In this document: one piece after another, positions 1-8,094 of the stretch | How the letters are laid out: each line of letters begins with the position of its first letter | Numbering within the stretch: position 1 is the stretch's first letter | NCBI RefSeq assembly: GCF_000619845.1 | Contig: NZ_JHUX01000003.1 | Coordinates: 150,001-182,000 of the forward strand | Length of the DNA: 32,000 nucleotides | From: Alkanindiges illinoisensis DSM 15370 | GTDB lineage: Bacteria > Pseudomonadota > Gammaproteobacteria > Pseudomonadales > Moraxellaceae | Direction of reading: 5' to 3' | Position numbers and translations under genes: made by a program | Notes under the pieces: generated by a model | The model's input: the letters and a program-made list of their open reading frames with translations, nothing else | Database searches by the model: none | Told to the model about the DNA's origin: nothing

Positions 1-149
1 GTACCAGTACCTGTAGTGCCATTACCTGCAGTAGCTGTGGTATTGGTAGTAGTGGCTGGTTTACGGCTGGCACAACCTGTCATGGCCAGTGCAATGGCAA
101 GGCCCGGAATCATTAATAGATGCATGGTTTTTAATGAGGATTGGTACAT
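1..149 (-). CDS. pal: Peptidoglycan-associated lipoprotein Pal, N-terminal 49 codons only (gene runs off the left edge)
   Basis: My translation of the minus strand from ATG at 149-147 gives MYQSSLKTMHLLMIPGLAIALAMTGCASRKPATTTNTTATAGNGTTGTG..., a signal peptide plus a lipobox-like AMTGC. GGAG sits 5 nt upstream (revcomp of 154-157). Its position directly downstream of tolB matches the ybgC-tolQRAB-pal operon order. It is absent from the ORF track because it is truncated. Confidence 0.6.
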   Translation of the reverse strand, partial: MYQSSLKTMHLLMIPGLAIALAMTGCASRKPATTTNTTATAGNGTTGTG

Positions 150-306
150 GGTGTCTCCAGTTCAAATTTTGTGTCAGGGTCTACCTTAACGCGTCTCTAA
201 AACATTTCAATGATTTTTTACATTTTTTAAAAAAGAATCAAAGTGTTGTAGAGAAGCTTAATTTAAGGTGAGTTTAAGCAAGCGTAATTCTAGTAACCTA
301 TCGTCT

Positions 307-1596
307 TTAGCGACGTGGTGCCCAGGCGGGTTCCCGCACTTCACCTTGCTCACTTGGCAAACGCATTCTAAAGCGGCCATCGACTGACATAATGGATAAC
401 ATGCCACGACTGCCTTCACGGGTAGCATAAACCACCATTTGTCCATTCGGCGAAAAGCTTGGTGATTCATCCAGCGGTGTAGGGGTCAAGATACTAATCA
501 CCCCAGAGGCCAGATCCTGTACAGCAACCTGATATTGGCTACCTGCTTTACGGTGTACTAGGGCGAGGCTGCGGCCATCACTGCTTAAGGTGCCTCGTGC
601 ATTAAATGGCCCGCTAAAGGTTAGGCGACGGGTACTGCCATCATCAAGATTGTAGCGATAAATTTGTGGCGTGCCGCCGCGGTCCGAGGTAAAGACAAAC
701 GATTTGCCATCAGGACTATAACGTGCTTCGGTGTCAATGGCAGTATCGCGGGTCAGGCGGGTAATGCGCTTGGTGGCAATATTCATTTCATAAACTTCAG
801 GATTGCCATCCATAGAACCCGTAAATAGCATTCTTTGGCCATCTGGGGAAATACTGGGCGCGCCATTTAAACCTTTGAACTGGGCCAGAACCTCACGTTG
901 ACCTGTGGCCAGATCCTGTAGATAAATCGCAGGGCGTTTGGTTTCAAAGGAAACATAAGCCAGTTTACGTGCGTCCGGTGTCCAGGTAGGTGATAAAATC
1001 GGCTCCGGCGATTCCAGAATAGTTTTGGGTTGCTGGCCATCAGTATCGGCAATTTGCAGCGTATACATTAGCTTGCCCGCTTCACGGTTACGCAACACGT
1101 AGGCAATTTGGCCAGAAAAATCACCCTGAATACCAGTTAAAGCCTGATAGATTTTATCAGCAATCAAATGACCTGCTTCACGCTGACGGCTAGCAGGAAC
1201 TTGCAGCACTTCGCCCAGCAGGCGGGTATTTTTCTTGACGTCAAACAATTCATACTGGATTTGCAGGCCATCCCCTGATGGGGTAACTTTACCAACCACC
1301 ACATAAGGGATACCGCTGCTTTGCCATGTGCCTACATTAATTTCGGCACTGCTGGTGGGGCGTTCTGGCAAATTGGTTGAGGCGCTATTAAATTTGCCTG
1401 AGCGCTGCAAGTCGCTTTGCACGATGGAATACACCAGATTGTCAGAAGCAAAGGGGACTACTGCAATTTGTGGCGCTTCTTCGAAGGCTTTGGCAACTTC
1501 AAAGGTAAGCGCAGCATGGGCAATTTGAGTTGTTAAAGCAGGCAAAAATGCACTGCTGGCAACGATGCAGGCAGTAAGCAAGCGTGATTTAAGCAT
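307..1596 (-). CDS. tolB: Tol-Pal system periplasmic beta-propeller protein TolB
   Basis: 429 aa with an N-terminal signal peptide (..TQIAHA/AL). Repeated propeller-type motifs are present (SPDG, W.PDG, F.SDR). AAGGAG lies upstream of the ATG. It sits between tolA and pal. Confidence 0.93.
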   Translation of the reverse strand: MLKSRLLTACIVASSAFLPALTTQIAHAALTFEVAKAFEEAPQIAVVPFASDNLVYSIVQSDLQRSGKFNSASTNLPERPTSSAEINVGTWQSSGIPYVVVGKVTPSGDGLQIQYELFDVKKNTRLLGEVLQVPASRQREAGHLIADKIYQALTGIQGDFSGQIAYVLRNREAGKLMYTLQIADTDGQQPKTILESPEPILSPTWTPDARKLAYVSFETKRPAIYLQDLATGQREVLAQFKGLNGAPSISPDGQRMLFTGSMDGNPEVYEMNIATKRITRLTRDTAIDTEARYSPDGKSFVFTSDRGGTPQIYRYNLDDGSTRRLTFSGPFNARGTLSSDGRSLALVHRKAGSQYQVAVQDLASGVISILTPTPLDESPSFSPNGQMVVYATREGSRGMLSIMSVDGRFRMRLPSEQGEVREPAWAPRR

Positions 1597-1662
1597 GATT
1601 TAGCAACTCCTTGGATATTCGTAACTGTTTTTTGACTGGGCTACCATAGCAACTTTTTTCCA

Positions 1663-3252
1663 TTATTTAAACGTGGGTTCAAGCCGCTGCGCCAATTTTC
1701 GAGCTTCCGGATCATCCGGCATGTCATAGGGTGCAGCTTGTTCAATGGCAGCACGGATGCTGGCATCACAGTCATCATTGCCACTTGATTTAGTAATGAC
1801 CACGGATGCGATCTGACCACTAGCGGTTAGGCTAATTCGCGCCTTTGCCGAGTTGCCATCACAGCCTGCTGGTTTGCGCCATGCACTTTTCATTCTGTTC
1901 TGGAAACCTGCAGTTGAAACAGCAGCTACTTTTTTAGCTTCTGCCTTGGCATCGGCTTTAGCTCTTGCCTCACTCTCAGCTTTTTCGCGTGCATCATCTT
2001 CTGCTTTACGTTTGGCATCTTCGGCCGCTTTTGCTCTGGCTTCATCTGCTTTGCGTTTGGCATCTTCAGTAGCTTTTGCTTTTGCTTCACTGTCTGCCTT
2101 GGCTTTTGCATCTGCTGCTTTTCGCTTGGCGTCGGCATCTGCCTTGGCCCTAGCATCATTTGCGGCTTTCTTTTTAGCGTCACTGTTGGCTTTGGCCTTT
2201 GCCTCGGCATCCGCGTCTGCTTTACGTTTCGCCTCAGCATTTGCTTTAGCCTGTGCATCTTGTGCCCGTTTTTTCTCAGCGTCTGCCTTCGCTTTTTCAG
2301 CATCTGCCTTGGCTTTGCGATCAGCTTCAGTTTTACGCTTGGCATCTTCAGCGGCTTTTACTTTAGTGTCCTGTTCAGCTTTGCGCTTTTGCTCAGCCTC
2401 GGCCTGACGTTTGGCTTCTTCAACCTGACGTTTTTTTGCCTCAGTAGCTTTTTGCTTTTCCTGCTGCTTGGCATCCTGCTGTTTACGTTTGGCGTCTTCG
2501 GCAGCTTTCGTCTTGGCTTCTTCTTCGGCTTTACGTTTTATATCAGCCTTTTCTTCAGCTGCCTTGAGTTTTGCATCTTGAGCAGCTTTGCGTTTGGCTT
2601 CCAGTTCGGCCTGACGCTTTGCTTGTGTGTCTGCCTTGGCTTGCTCAGCCTTGCGTTCAGCCTCAGCTTTAGCCTGCTGTTGTTTAGCTTCAGCTGCTTT
2701 TTGTGCAGCCAATTCCTGCTTTTGCTTTTTCGCTTCAGCCGCTTTCTCTTGCATTTCTTTTTGTTCGGCTTCTTTTTGTTTTGCTGCTTTTTGCTCAGCT
2801 TCTTTTTTCTGAGCTTCAGCACGTGCTTTTTGTTGCGCTTCCTGTTGCTGTTTTTTCTGGTCAGCAACGGCTTTGAGTTCAGCAGCTTTTAAGGCAGCCA
2901 ATTGCTCTGCCGTTAGGGTAGCGGGCTCTGGTTCTACGGTAGGCTCTGGTTCCACAGTCGGTTCAGGCTCGGCCACAGGCTCAGCAATAGGATCTTCTAC
3001 GGGTTCTGCGACAGGTTCAGTTGCTGGCGCTTCATTTGATGGCAGTGGGGTAGCAGAAGCAGCACTATCCTGCATTTGCTGTAATTGTTCAGGAGTTATC
3101 AGAATAGCCTGTAAAGGCTTGGGCGGAATTAAAGGATCACTTTTTCCAAAAAAAAGTAAACCACCCAGCAGGCTGGCGTGCAAGATCAGGGTAATGGCCA
3201 GCGGTAGGCGATTTTGTTTAAAAGAGGATGGCACAGGCCGTTTCATGGACAT
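1663..3252 (-). CDS. tolA: Tol-Pal system protein TolA with an enlarged Lys/Ala/Glu-rich central domain
   Basis: 529 aa with an N-terminal TM anchor (LPLAITLILHASLLGGLLFF). A Pro/Glu repeat (EPVAEPVEDPIAEPVAEPEPTVEPEPTVEPEP) is followed by about 330 aa of K/A/E/Q/D helix-type low complexity. A C-terminal globular domain is present, and the gene lies between tolR and tolB. An alternative ATG at 3246 has better SD spacing. Confidence 0.9.
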   Translation of the reverse strand: MSMKRPVPSSFKQNRLPLAITLILHASLLGGLLFFGKSDPLIPPKPLQAILITPEQLQQMQDSAASATPLPSNEAPATEPVAEPVEDPIAEPVAEPEPTVEPEPTVEPEPATLTAEQLAALKAAELKAVADQKKQQQEAQQKARAEAQKKEAEQKAAKQKEAEQKEMQEKAAEAKKQKQELAAQKAAEAKQQQAKAEAERKAEQAKADTQAKRQAELEAKRKAAQDAKLKAAEEKADIKRKAEEEAKTKAAEDAKRKQQDAKQQEKQKATEAKKRQVEEAKRQAEAEQKRKAEQDTKVKAAEDAKRKTEADRKAKADAEKAKADAEKKRAQDAQAKANAEAKRKADADAEAKAKANSDAKKKAANDARAKADADAKRKAADAKAKADSEAKAKATEDAKRKADEARAKAAEDAKRKAEDDAREKAESEARAKADAKAEAKKVAAVSTAGFQNRMKSAWRKPAGCDGNSAKARISLTASGQIASVVITKSSGNDDCDASIRAAIEQAAPYDMPDDPEARKLAQRLEPTFK

Positions 3253-3268
3253 ACCTTATTTGCCAACC

Positions 3269-3718
3269 TCAGGATTTTGGCTGGTCGGTCAGCAAGCCAA
3301 CCTGACTCAAACCAGCTTCTTGCAGGGTAGACATCAACCCAACCACTTTGCCATAAGCAACATTTTTATCGCCATTGACCAGTATCATCAATTTTTGCTG
3401 TTTTTGTTCCGCCTCACTTTGGGCTTCGGCCAGACGGGTTTTTAGTTCATCTAATGTCATGGCTTCATCATTGCTGTTGCCAAGCTCAAGTAAATACTCA
3501 CCATCTGCCTTAATACTAACAATTGCAGGTGGAGTTTTAGACTCAAATGTACTGTTTTTAGCCTGCGGTAAATCAACAGTGATGCCAGAGGTAATCATGG
3601 GTGCAGTCACCATGAAAATAACCAGCAATACCAGCATGACATCAATGTAAGGTACTACATTCATGTCACTTTTTAAGGGCTTTTTAATCCGGCCAAACGG
3701 GCTGCCTTGCATTGCCAT
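3269..3718 (-). CDS. tolR: Tol-Pal system protein TolR (ExbD/TolR family)
   Basis: 149 aa with the ExbD/TolR N-terminal pattern (MNVVPYIDVMLVLLVIFMV). Its ATG lies 2 nt after the tolQ stop. Confidence 0.92.
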   Translation of the reverse strand: MAMQGSPFGRIKKPLKSDMNVVPYIDVMLVLLVIFMVTAPMITSGITVDLPQAKNSTFESKTPPAIVSIKADGEYLLELGNSNDEAMTLDELKTRLAEAQSEAEQKQQKLMILVNGDKNVAYGKVVGLMSTLQEAGLSQVGLLTDQPKS

Positions 3719-3720
3719 AA

Positions 3721-4446
3721 TCAGGCGTCCTCGCGCAGGGAGCTGGTACTTTGGCTGGCTGTGCCATCAAGGGATTCACGCTGTAACAGGGCAGTCATTT
3801 CTTCGGCAAACAGGGCACGCTGCTGATAAACCGCTTCTGATTTTGCACTATAACGGTTATAAGCCAGTACCGCTGGAATTGCGGCAAACAAGCCAATGGC
3901 TGTGGCAATCAGGGCTTCAGCAATACCGGGAGCTACTGTTGCCAGCGTAACCTGTTCCACCTGTGCCAGACCGATAAAGGCATTCATGATGCCCCAGACC
4001 GTACCAAACAGACCAACATATGGAGAAACCGAGCCAATGCTGGCCAGTGTCGAAGCGCCATGTTCCAGCACATTTTGTTCGCGTGACAGCGACACCCGCA
4101 GCATGCGTTCTGTACCGGAAATGGTGTCTTCGCGGCTGGCCTGACGTTTTTTCAGTTTTAAAAATTCGGTAAAACCTTCATAAAAAACCGATTCAATGCC
4201 TTGACGATGCGGATGAGTCTGGGCATTTTTATACAGGGTTTTTAGGTCTGCACCTGACCAGAAAATCTTTTCAAAGCTATTATCCTGCTGGTTGCTTTTG
4301 CGAAATGCCATTTCCAGTTTGGCAATTAAAAACCAGCCATAAATGGATGCCAGAAATAAAATCAGCATGACAATCTGAACTACCGGACTGGCATGCAGGA
4401 TCAAATCAGAAATGTTAAGTGATGTTGGAGTTGCAGTGGTTGGCAT
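3721..4446 (-). CDS. tolQ: Tol-Pal system protein TolQ (MotA/TolQ/ExbB proton channel family)
   Basis: 241 aa with three hydrophobic segments and the conserved GLFGTVWGIM and APGIAEALIATAIGL motifs of TolQ/ExbB. Confidence 0.93.
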   Translation of the reverse strand: MPTTATPTSLNISDLILHASPVVQIVMLILFLASIYGWFLIAKLEMAFRKSNQQDNSFEKIFWSGADLKTLYKNAQTHPHRQGIESVFYEGFTEFLKLKKRQASREDTISGTERMLRVSLSREQNVLEHGASTLASIGSVSPYVGLFGTVWGIMNAFIGLAQVEQVTLATVAPGIAEALIATAIGLFAAIPAVLAYNRYSAKSEAVYQQRALFAEEMTALLQRESLDGTASQSTSSLREDA

Positions 4447-4479
4447 GGTAATTTCACAAAAATAAAAAGGATAATGACG

Positions 4480-4878
4480 CTAAGGGACTGATCTTACAAT
4501 CAGATCATGGATAAATTCTGGAATTCTTCTGGGTTTTAACTGGGCATCCAGACAGGCCAGTGTAACGCTTGCAGAAGCCAGCAGCATTTCATCACGGTAA
4601 ATATTTTGCTGCAAGGTAAATGATACTGATTTACACGAACTCACATCAACCGTCACATTGAGTAAATTGTCCATAAAAATGGGCTTATGGTATTGCACGT
4701 TGATTTGATGTACTACAAATGAATAATCATGCTGGTCCCAGTAATGCTGAACCCCTTGGGCGCGTAGCCATTCAGTACGAGCGCGCTCAAAGTAACGGAT
4801 ATGATTGGCATGATACACAATACCACCGGCATCCGTATCTTCAATATAAACCCGAATGGGAAACCGGAATGTGGTCAA
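4480..4878 (-). CDS. ybgC: Tol-Pal-associated acyl-CoA thioesterase YbgC (4HBT hotdog fold)
   Basis: 132 aa carrying VYIEDTDAGGIVYHANHIRYFERARTEWL, the YbgC/4HBT signature. It has a TTG start with a perfect AAGGAG 6 nt upstream, and it is the first gene of the tol cluster. Confidence 0.88.
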   Translation of the reverse strand: MTTFRFPIRVYIEDTDAGGIVYHANHIRYFERARTEWLRAQGVQHYWDQHDYSFVVHQINVQYHKPIFMDNLLNVTVDVSSCKSVSFTLQQNIYRDEMLLASASVTLACLDAQLKPRRIPEFIHDLIVRSVP

Positions 4879-5187
4879 GACAAGCTCCTTTGTTTTGCCG
4901 ACGGGGTATTATCTACGCTGCTTAAAAATGGGATGCAGTCAAAGCAGAATATAAGTCGCTAACATATTATAAGAATTTTGCAGCCAGCAAGGATTAACTT
5001 GTTAATAATTCATTAAAGAAAAGACTAAAAACATTTATCTTAAATAAGCAAGATATTGGCAAAGTGCATAGCCCTTAAAATACACGAGCAAATGAAATTT
5101 TAAATTGACTAAGGTTAAATGAACAAAGGCTGCCCTTGATATGACAACCTTTGATTTTACTTACACGCGATGGATAACTAACAACGA

Positions 5188-5481
5188 TTACTGGCAGTAG
5201 ACATTGGCAGTACGCGGTGCATAAATACCAATGGTAATTACACCCAGAATAATATCCATCGGTTCCTGTACAGTTTGTACTTTTGCTACTTTATCTGCAC
5301 TACCACAGATTTGTGCAGCATTTAGGGTTTTTTCCTGACCAATGCCCCAGAACAGGAACGATTGGGATTCAGAATGCTTGGGAACAGTTTGTGAATTTTT
5401 CTTGATCAAACCAGTTTGGGTGGCGCAACCGCTGGCCAATAAAGTACTGCCCATGAAAACCGCTAATAGAATTTTTTTCAT
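5188..5481 (-). CDS. Bor/Iss-family outer-membrane lipoprotein (paralog 1)
   Basis: 97 aa with signal peptide and lipobox LLASGC. The motifs FLFWGIGQ, AAQICG, KVQTVQ and GIYAPR..VYC align with phage lambda Bor as I recall it (FFVSGIGQKK..AAKICGG..KTETQQTF..LGIYTP...VYC). GGAGAA lies upstream of the ATG. Confidence 0.8.
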   Translation of the reverse strand: MKKILLAVFMGSTLLASGCATQTGLIKKNSQTVPKHSESQSFLFWGIGQEKTLNAAQICGSADKVAKVQTVQEPMDIILGVITIGIYAPRTANVYCQ

Positions 5482-5496
5482 TGACTTATTCTCCAG

Positions 5497-5784
5497 TTAT
5501 TTGCAGTAAACACGAATTTGACGTGGGGTAAATAAACCGTAAGTCAGGTTACCCAGCAGACCATTTAAAAAAGTCTGTTGTGTTTGCACTTTGGCAATCT
5601 TGTCGGCACCGTCACAGACTTCAGCCGCGTTTACTTCCTGCTCTTGGCCAATGCCAGAAACAAAGAAAGGCTGCATTTTGTCGTATGACGCTGTGCTGTT
5701 ACCGCCATTTGCCATGAGATAAGTTTGAGTAGTACACCCGGAAGCAAGGATTGCAAGTAAGCTTGCTAATGCAATTTTTTTCAT
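5497..5784 (-). CDS. Bor/Iss-family outer-membrane lipoprotein (paralog 2)
   Basis: 95 aa with lipobox ILASGC. FFVSGIGQEQEVNAAEVCDGADKIAKVQTQQTFLNGLLG..FTPRQIRVYC is very close to the lambda Bor core as I recall it. It lies 15 nt upstream of paralog 1. Confidence 0.85.
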   Translation of the reverse strand: MKKIALASLLAILASGCTTQTYLMANGGNSTASYDKMQPFFVSGIGQEQEVNAAEVCDGADKIAKVQTQQTFLNGLLGNLTYGLFTPRQIRVYCK

Positions 5785-5978
5785 CTTTCACCCCAAATTG
5801 TAATTTTGCTTTACTTAAGTTAACAAAGCGCACACATTCTAATAGAAGTGTTATTGGGTTGGTATGGGAGAAATAGAAAAAATAAGAATATAGCAGGCTT
5901 AAATGTGAGCTACTTCACAGATATTTTTATGACTAAACTTGAATCTTATTAATAAGCTATTTTGTAGCACGTCCATTT

Positions 5979-6023
5979 AACCAAAAGGCCTGAATCACAA
6001 GGTTAGTTCTTGTCATTCAGGCC
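5979..6023 (-). terminator. Rho-independent terminator ending the ruvB transcript and the repeat block
   Basis: Arms GGCCTGAAT (5987-5995) and ATTCAGGCC (6015-6023) form a 9-bp stem. An inner ACAAG/CTTGT pairing extends it. On the minus strand it is followed by TTTTGGTT. Confidence 0.75.
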
Positions 6024-6071
6024 AGCAATTCTTAACCGCTGCTATTTCCCCACAAGAAAAATCATTCTTGC

Positions 6072-6309
6072 AGAACAGTGTTCTTCATCTCTTGCGCTCG
6101 GGTGAAACATGAGAGGCACTGCCTCACAAGGCTTATCCTCGCACTCGAGCAAAGCTCTCGTCTTGCGCCGCGGCAAATGAGAAACAACGTTCCGCAAGAC
6201 GTAGTGAAACGAAGTGGCTTTGCTCTATCCTCTCCAGAAAAATCACAGATTTTTCTCTTGCGCTCGGGCGGAACAGTGTTCCGCTTATCCTCGCTCAGGC
6301 GGAACCATG
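6072..6309 (-). repeat. GC-rich multi-hairpin block with internal direct repeats, overlapping the ruvB stop codon; candidate structured 3'UTR RNA or MITE/REP-like element
   Basis: Exact repeats tctcttgcgctcggg (6088-6102, 6254-6268) and cttatcctcgc (6132-6142, 6284-6294). Perfect palindromes at 6072-6084, 6113-6125, 6236-6256 and 6268-6284. Nested 9-bp pairings 6147-6155/6217-6225 and 6159-6167/6193-6201. See findings for detail. Confidence 0.6.
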
Positions 6310-7286
6310 TCGAACTGATAATAAGCCTGATTGGTCGCAATACGGCCACGCGCGGTACGCATTGCAAAACCCTGCTGAATCAGGTATGGCTCAATTACAT
6401 CTTCTAGCGTACCACTATCTTCTGCCATAGCAGCAGCCAGTGCTTCAATACCAGCAGGCCCGCCGTTAAAACGTTCCAGCAGCATTTGCAAATAACGCCG
6501 ATCCAGCGTATCCAGTCCGTTTTTGTCCACGTTCAGCATGTCAAGTGCACGCTGGGCAATATCCTGCGTTACTTCGCCATTGCCTTTAACTTCTGCATAA
6601 TCACGCACGCGACGTAGCAGGCGATTGGCAATACGGGGCGTACCGCGTGAGCGCCGGGCAATTTCCTGCGCGCCTTCCGGGGTCATGGGAATGCCCATCA
6701 GGCTGGCCGAACGATGCACAATATGGGTGAGGTCAGCAACCGAATAAAATTCCAGTCGCTGCACAATCCCAAAACGGTCACGCAGGGGCGAAGTCAGCAA
6801 ACCAGCACGGGTGGTTGCAGCAACCAGTGTAAACGGTGGCAAGTCCAGCTTAATAGAACGCGCCGCCGGGCCTTCACCAATCATGATATCCAGCTGGTAA
6901 TCTTCCATGGCCGGATACAGGATTTCCTCAATCACAGGCGACAGGCGATGAATTTCATCAATAAACAATACATCGCCATGTTCAAGGTTGGTTAATAGCG
7001 CCGCCAGATCACCGGCACGCTCCAGCACCGGGCCAGAGGTGGATTTAAGATTGCCACCCATTTCACGTGCAATAATATTGGCCAGCGTCGTTTTACCCAG
7101 TCCTGGCGGCCCAAAAATCAGGGTATGGTCCAGCGCTTCCTGACGGGTACGCGCGGCATGAATAAAAATTTCCATTTGTTCACGCACAACTGGCTGCCCT
7201 ACATAGTCTTCCAGACTGGTAGGACGAATCGCACGATCAAAATGGTCTTCTGGCTTTTCAGTTGCCGTAATTAATCGATCTTGCAT
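6285..7286 (-). CDS. ruvB: Holliday junction branch-migration ATPase RuvB
   Basis: 333 aa with Walker [10 protein letters not shown] and Walker B LFIDEIH. Similarity to E. coli RuvB runs end to end, including the C-terminal ..PPE.. tail. Confidence 0.97.
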   Translation of the reverse strand: MQDRLITATEKPEDHFDRAIRPTSLEDYVGQPVVREQMEIFIHAARTRQEALDHTLIFGPPGLGKTTLANIIAREMGGNLKSTSGPVLERAGDLAALLTNLEHGDVLFIDEIHRLSPVIEEILYPAMEDYQLDIMIGEGPAARSIKLDLPPFTLVAATTRAGLLTSPLRDRFGIVQRLEFYSVADLTHIVHRSASLMGIPMTPEGAQEIARRSRGTPRIANRLLRRVRDYAEVKGNGEVTQDIAQRALDMLNVDKNGLDTLDRRYLQMLLERFNGGPAGIEALAAAMAEDSGTLEDVIEPYLIQQGFAMRTARGRIATNQAYYQFDMVPPERG

Positions 7287-7394
7287 GATTCCTCACTCAA
7301 TTTTGCTTAAATTTTACTCAGGCTGCTTGCACTATGCTGTCAATAAAAATCAGCTTTGCAGGGTTGAATCGGACAGGCAGGCTTACTGAGTAAA

Positions 7395-8006
7395 TTACTG
7401 TTTCATCATCGACTTTAGCGCAGCGCGAATCAGGTCAGCCGTTTCGGTAAATTCGCTTTTTACTGCCCCGATGGCTTTTTGCGCTTCAAGCGGTTTATAG
7501 CCTAAAGACACCAGTGCGGCTTCGGCTTCGGCTACGGGTGAAATACTGGTAATACCAAACTGATGAGTACCCAGACTGCTGCCATCGCTGCTACCACTAG
7601 TGCTCAGGCTTTGCAGGCGGTCACGCAACTCAATCACCAGACGCTCGGCAGTTTTTTTGCCTACGCCAGGAATGCGGGTCAGGGTAGTGACGTCCTGCAT
7701 ATCAATGGCCTGAATCATCATGGCGCTGCTCATGCTGGATAAAATACTTAAAGCCAGTTTTGGGCCAACGCCATTCACCTTAATTAAGGTACGAAACAGT
7801 GCCTTGTCCGTTGTATCCGAAAAACCGTACAGCAAATGTGCATCTTCACGCACCACCAGATGCGTCCATAAAGTCACGTTTTGTCCAGGCTTGAGCTGGC
7901 AGAAAGTGGACAGTGGCGTATCAATTTCATAACCCACACCGTTGACTTCCAGTAAAACCACCGGCGCTTCCAGTGCGCGTACGACACCAGTCAGAGAACC
8001 AATCAT
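7395..8006 (-). CDS. ruvA: Holliday junction DNA-binding protein RuvA
   Basis: MIGSLTGVV...VNGVGYEI matches the E. coli RuvA N-terminus (MIGRLRGII..VGGVGYEV), and HhH motifs are present (GVGPKLAL, IPGVGKKTAERL). The ORF-track start at 8018 is a TTG four codons upstream, so I use the ATG at 8006. Confidence 0.93.
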   Translation of the reverse strand: MIGSLTGVVRALEAPVVLLEVNGVGYEIDTPLSTFCQLKPGQNVTLWTHLVVREDAHLLYGFSDTTDKALFRTLIKVNGVGPKLALSILSSMSSAMMIQAIDMQDVTTLTRIPGVGKKTAERLVIELRDRLQSLSTSGSSDGSSLGTHQFGITSISPVAEAEAALVSLGYKPLEAQKAIGAVKSEFTETADLIRAALKSMMKQ

Positions 8007-8094
8007 ACAAATACTCAAAACTAAAAATGAATGTGATCAACAAAATGGTTTATTGGACTAAGCGCGTTAAAGCCAGCTTGCTAAAGCAGAGCGA

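Noticed and set aside
1853-2892. Long alternate-frame and antisense ORFs inside tolA (184 aa Ala/Ser-rich, 139 aa and 109 aa Lys/Arg-rich, 210 aa Phe/Leu-rich, 61 aa).
   Set aside because: They are by-products of the GCN/AAR-rich low-complexity tolA repeat, which stays open in several frames. They show no SD or start context, and their compositions are simply frame-shifted mirrors of K/A/E codons.
6062-6407. ORF-track entries 6062-6367 (-, 101 aa) and 6078-6407 (+, 109 aa) covering the repeat block.
   Set aside because: Both overlap the well-supported ruvB 3' end out of frame or antisense. They are Arg/Cys/Ser-rich, as expected from translating GC-rich palindromes, and lack an SD. The region is better explained as RNA or repeat structure.
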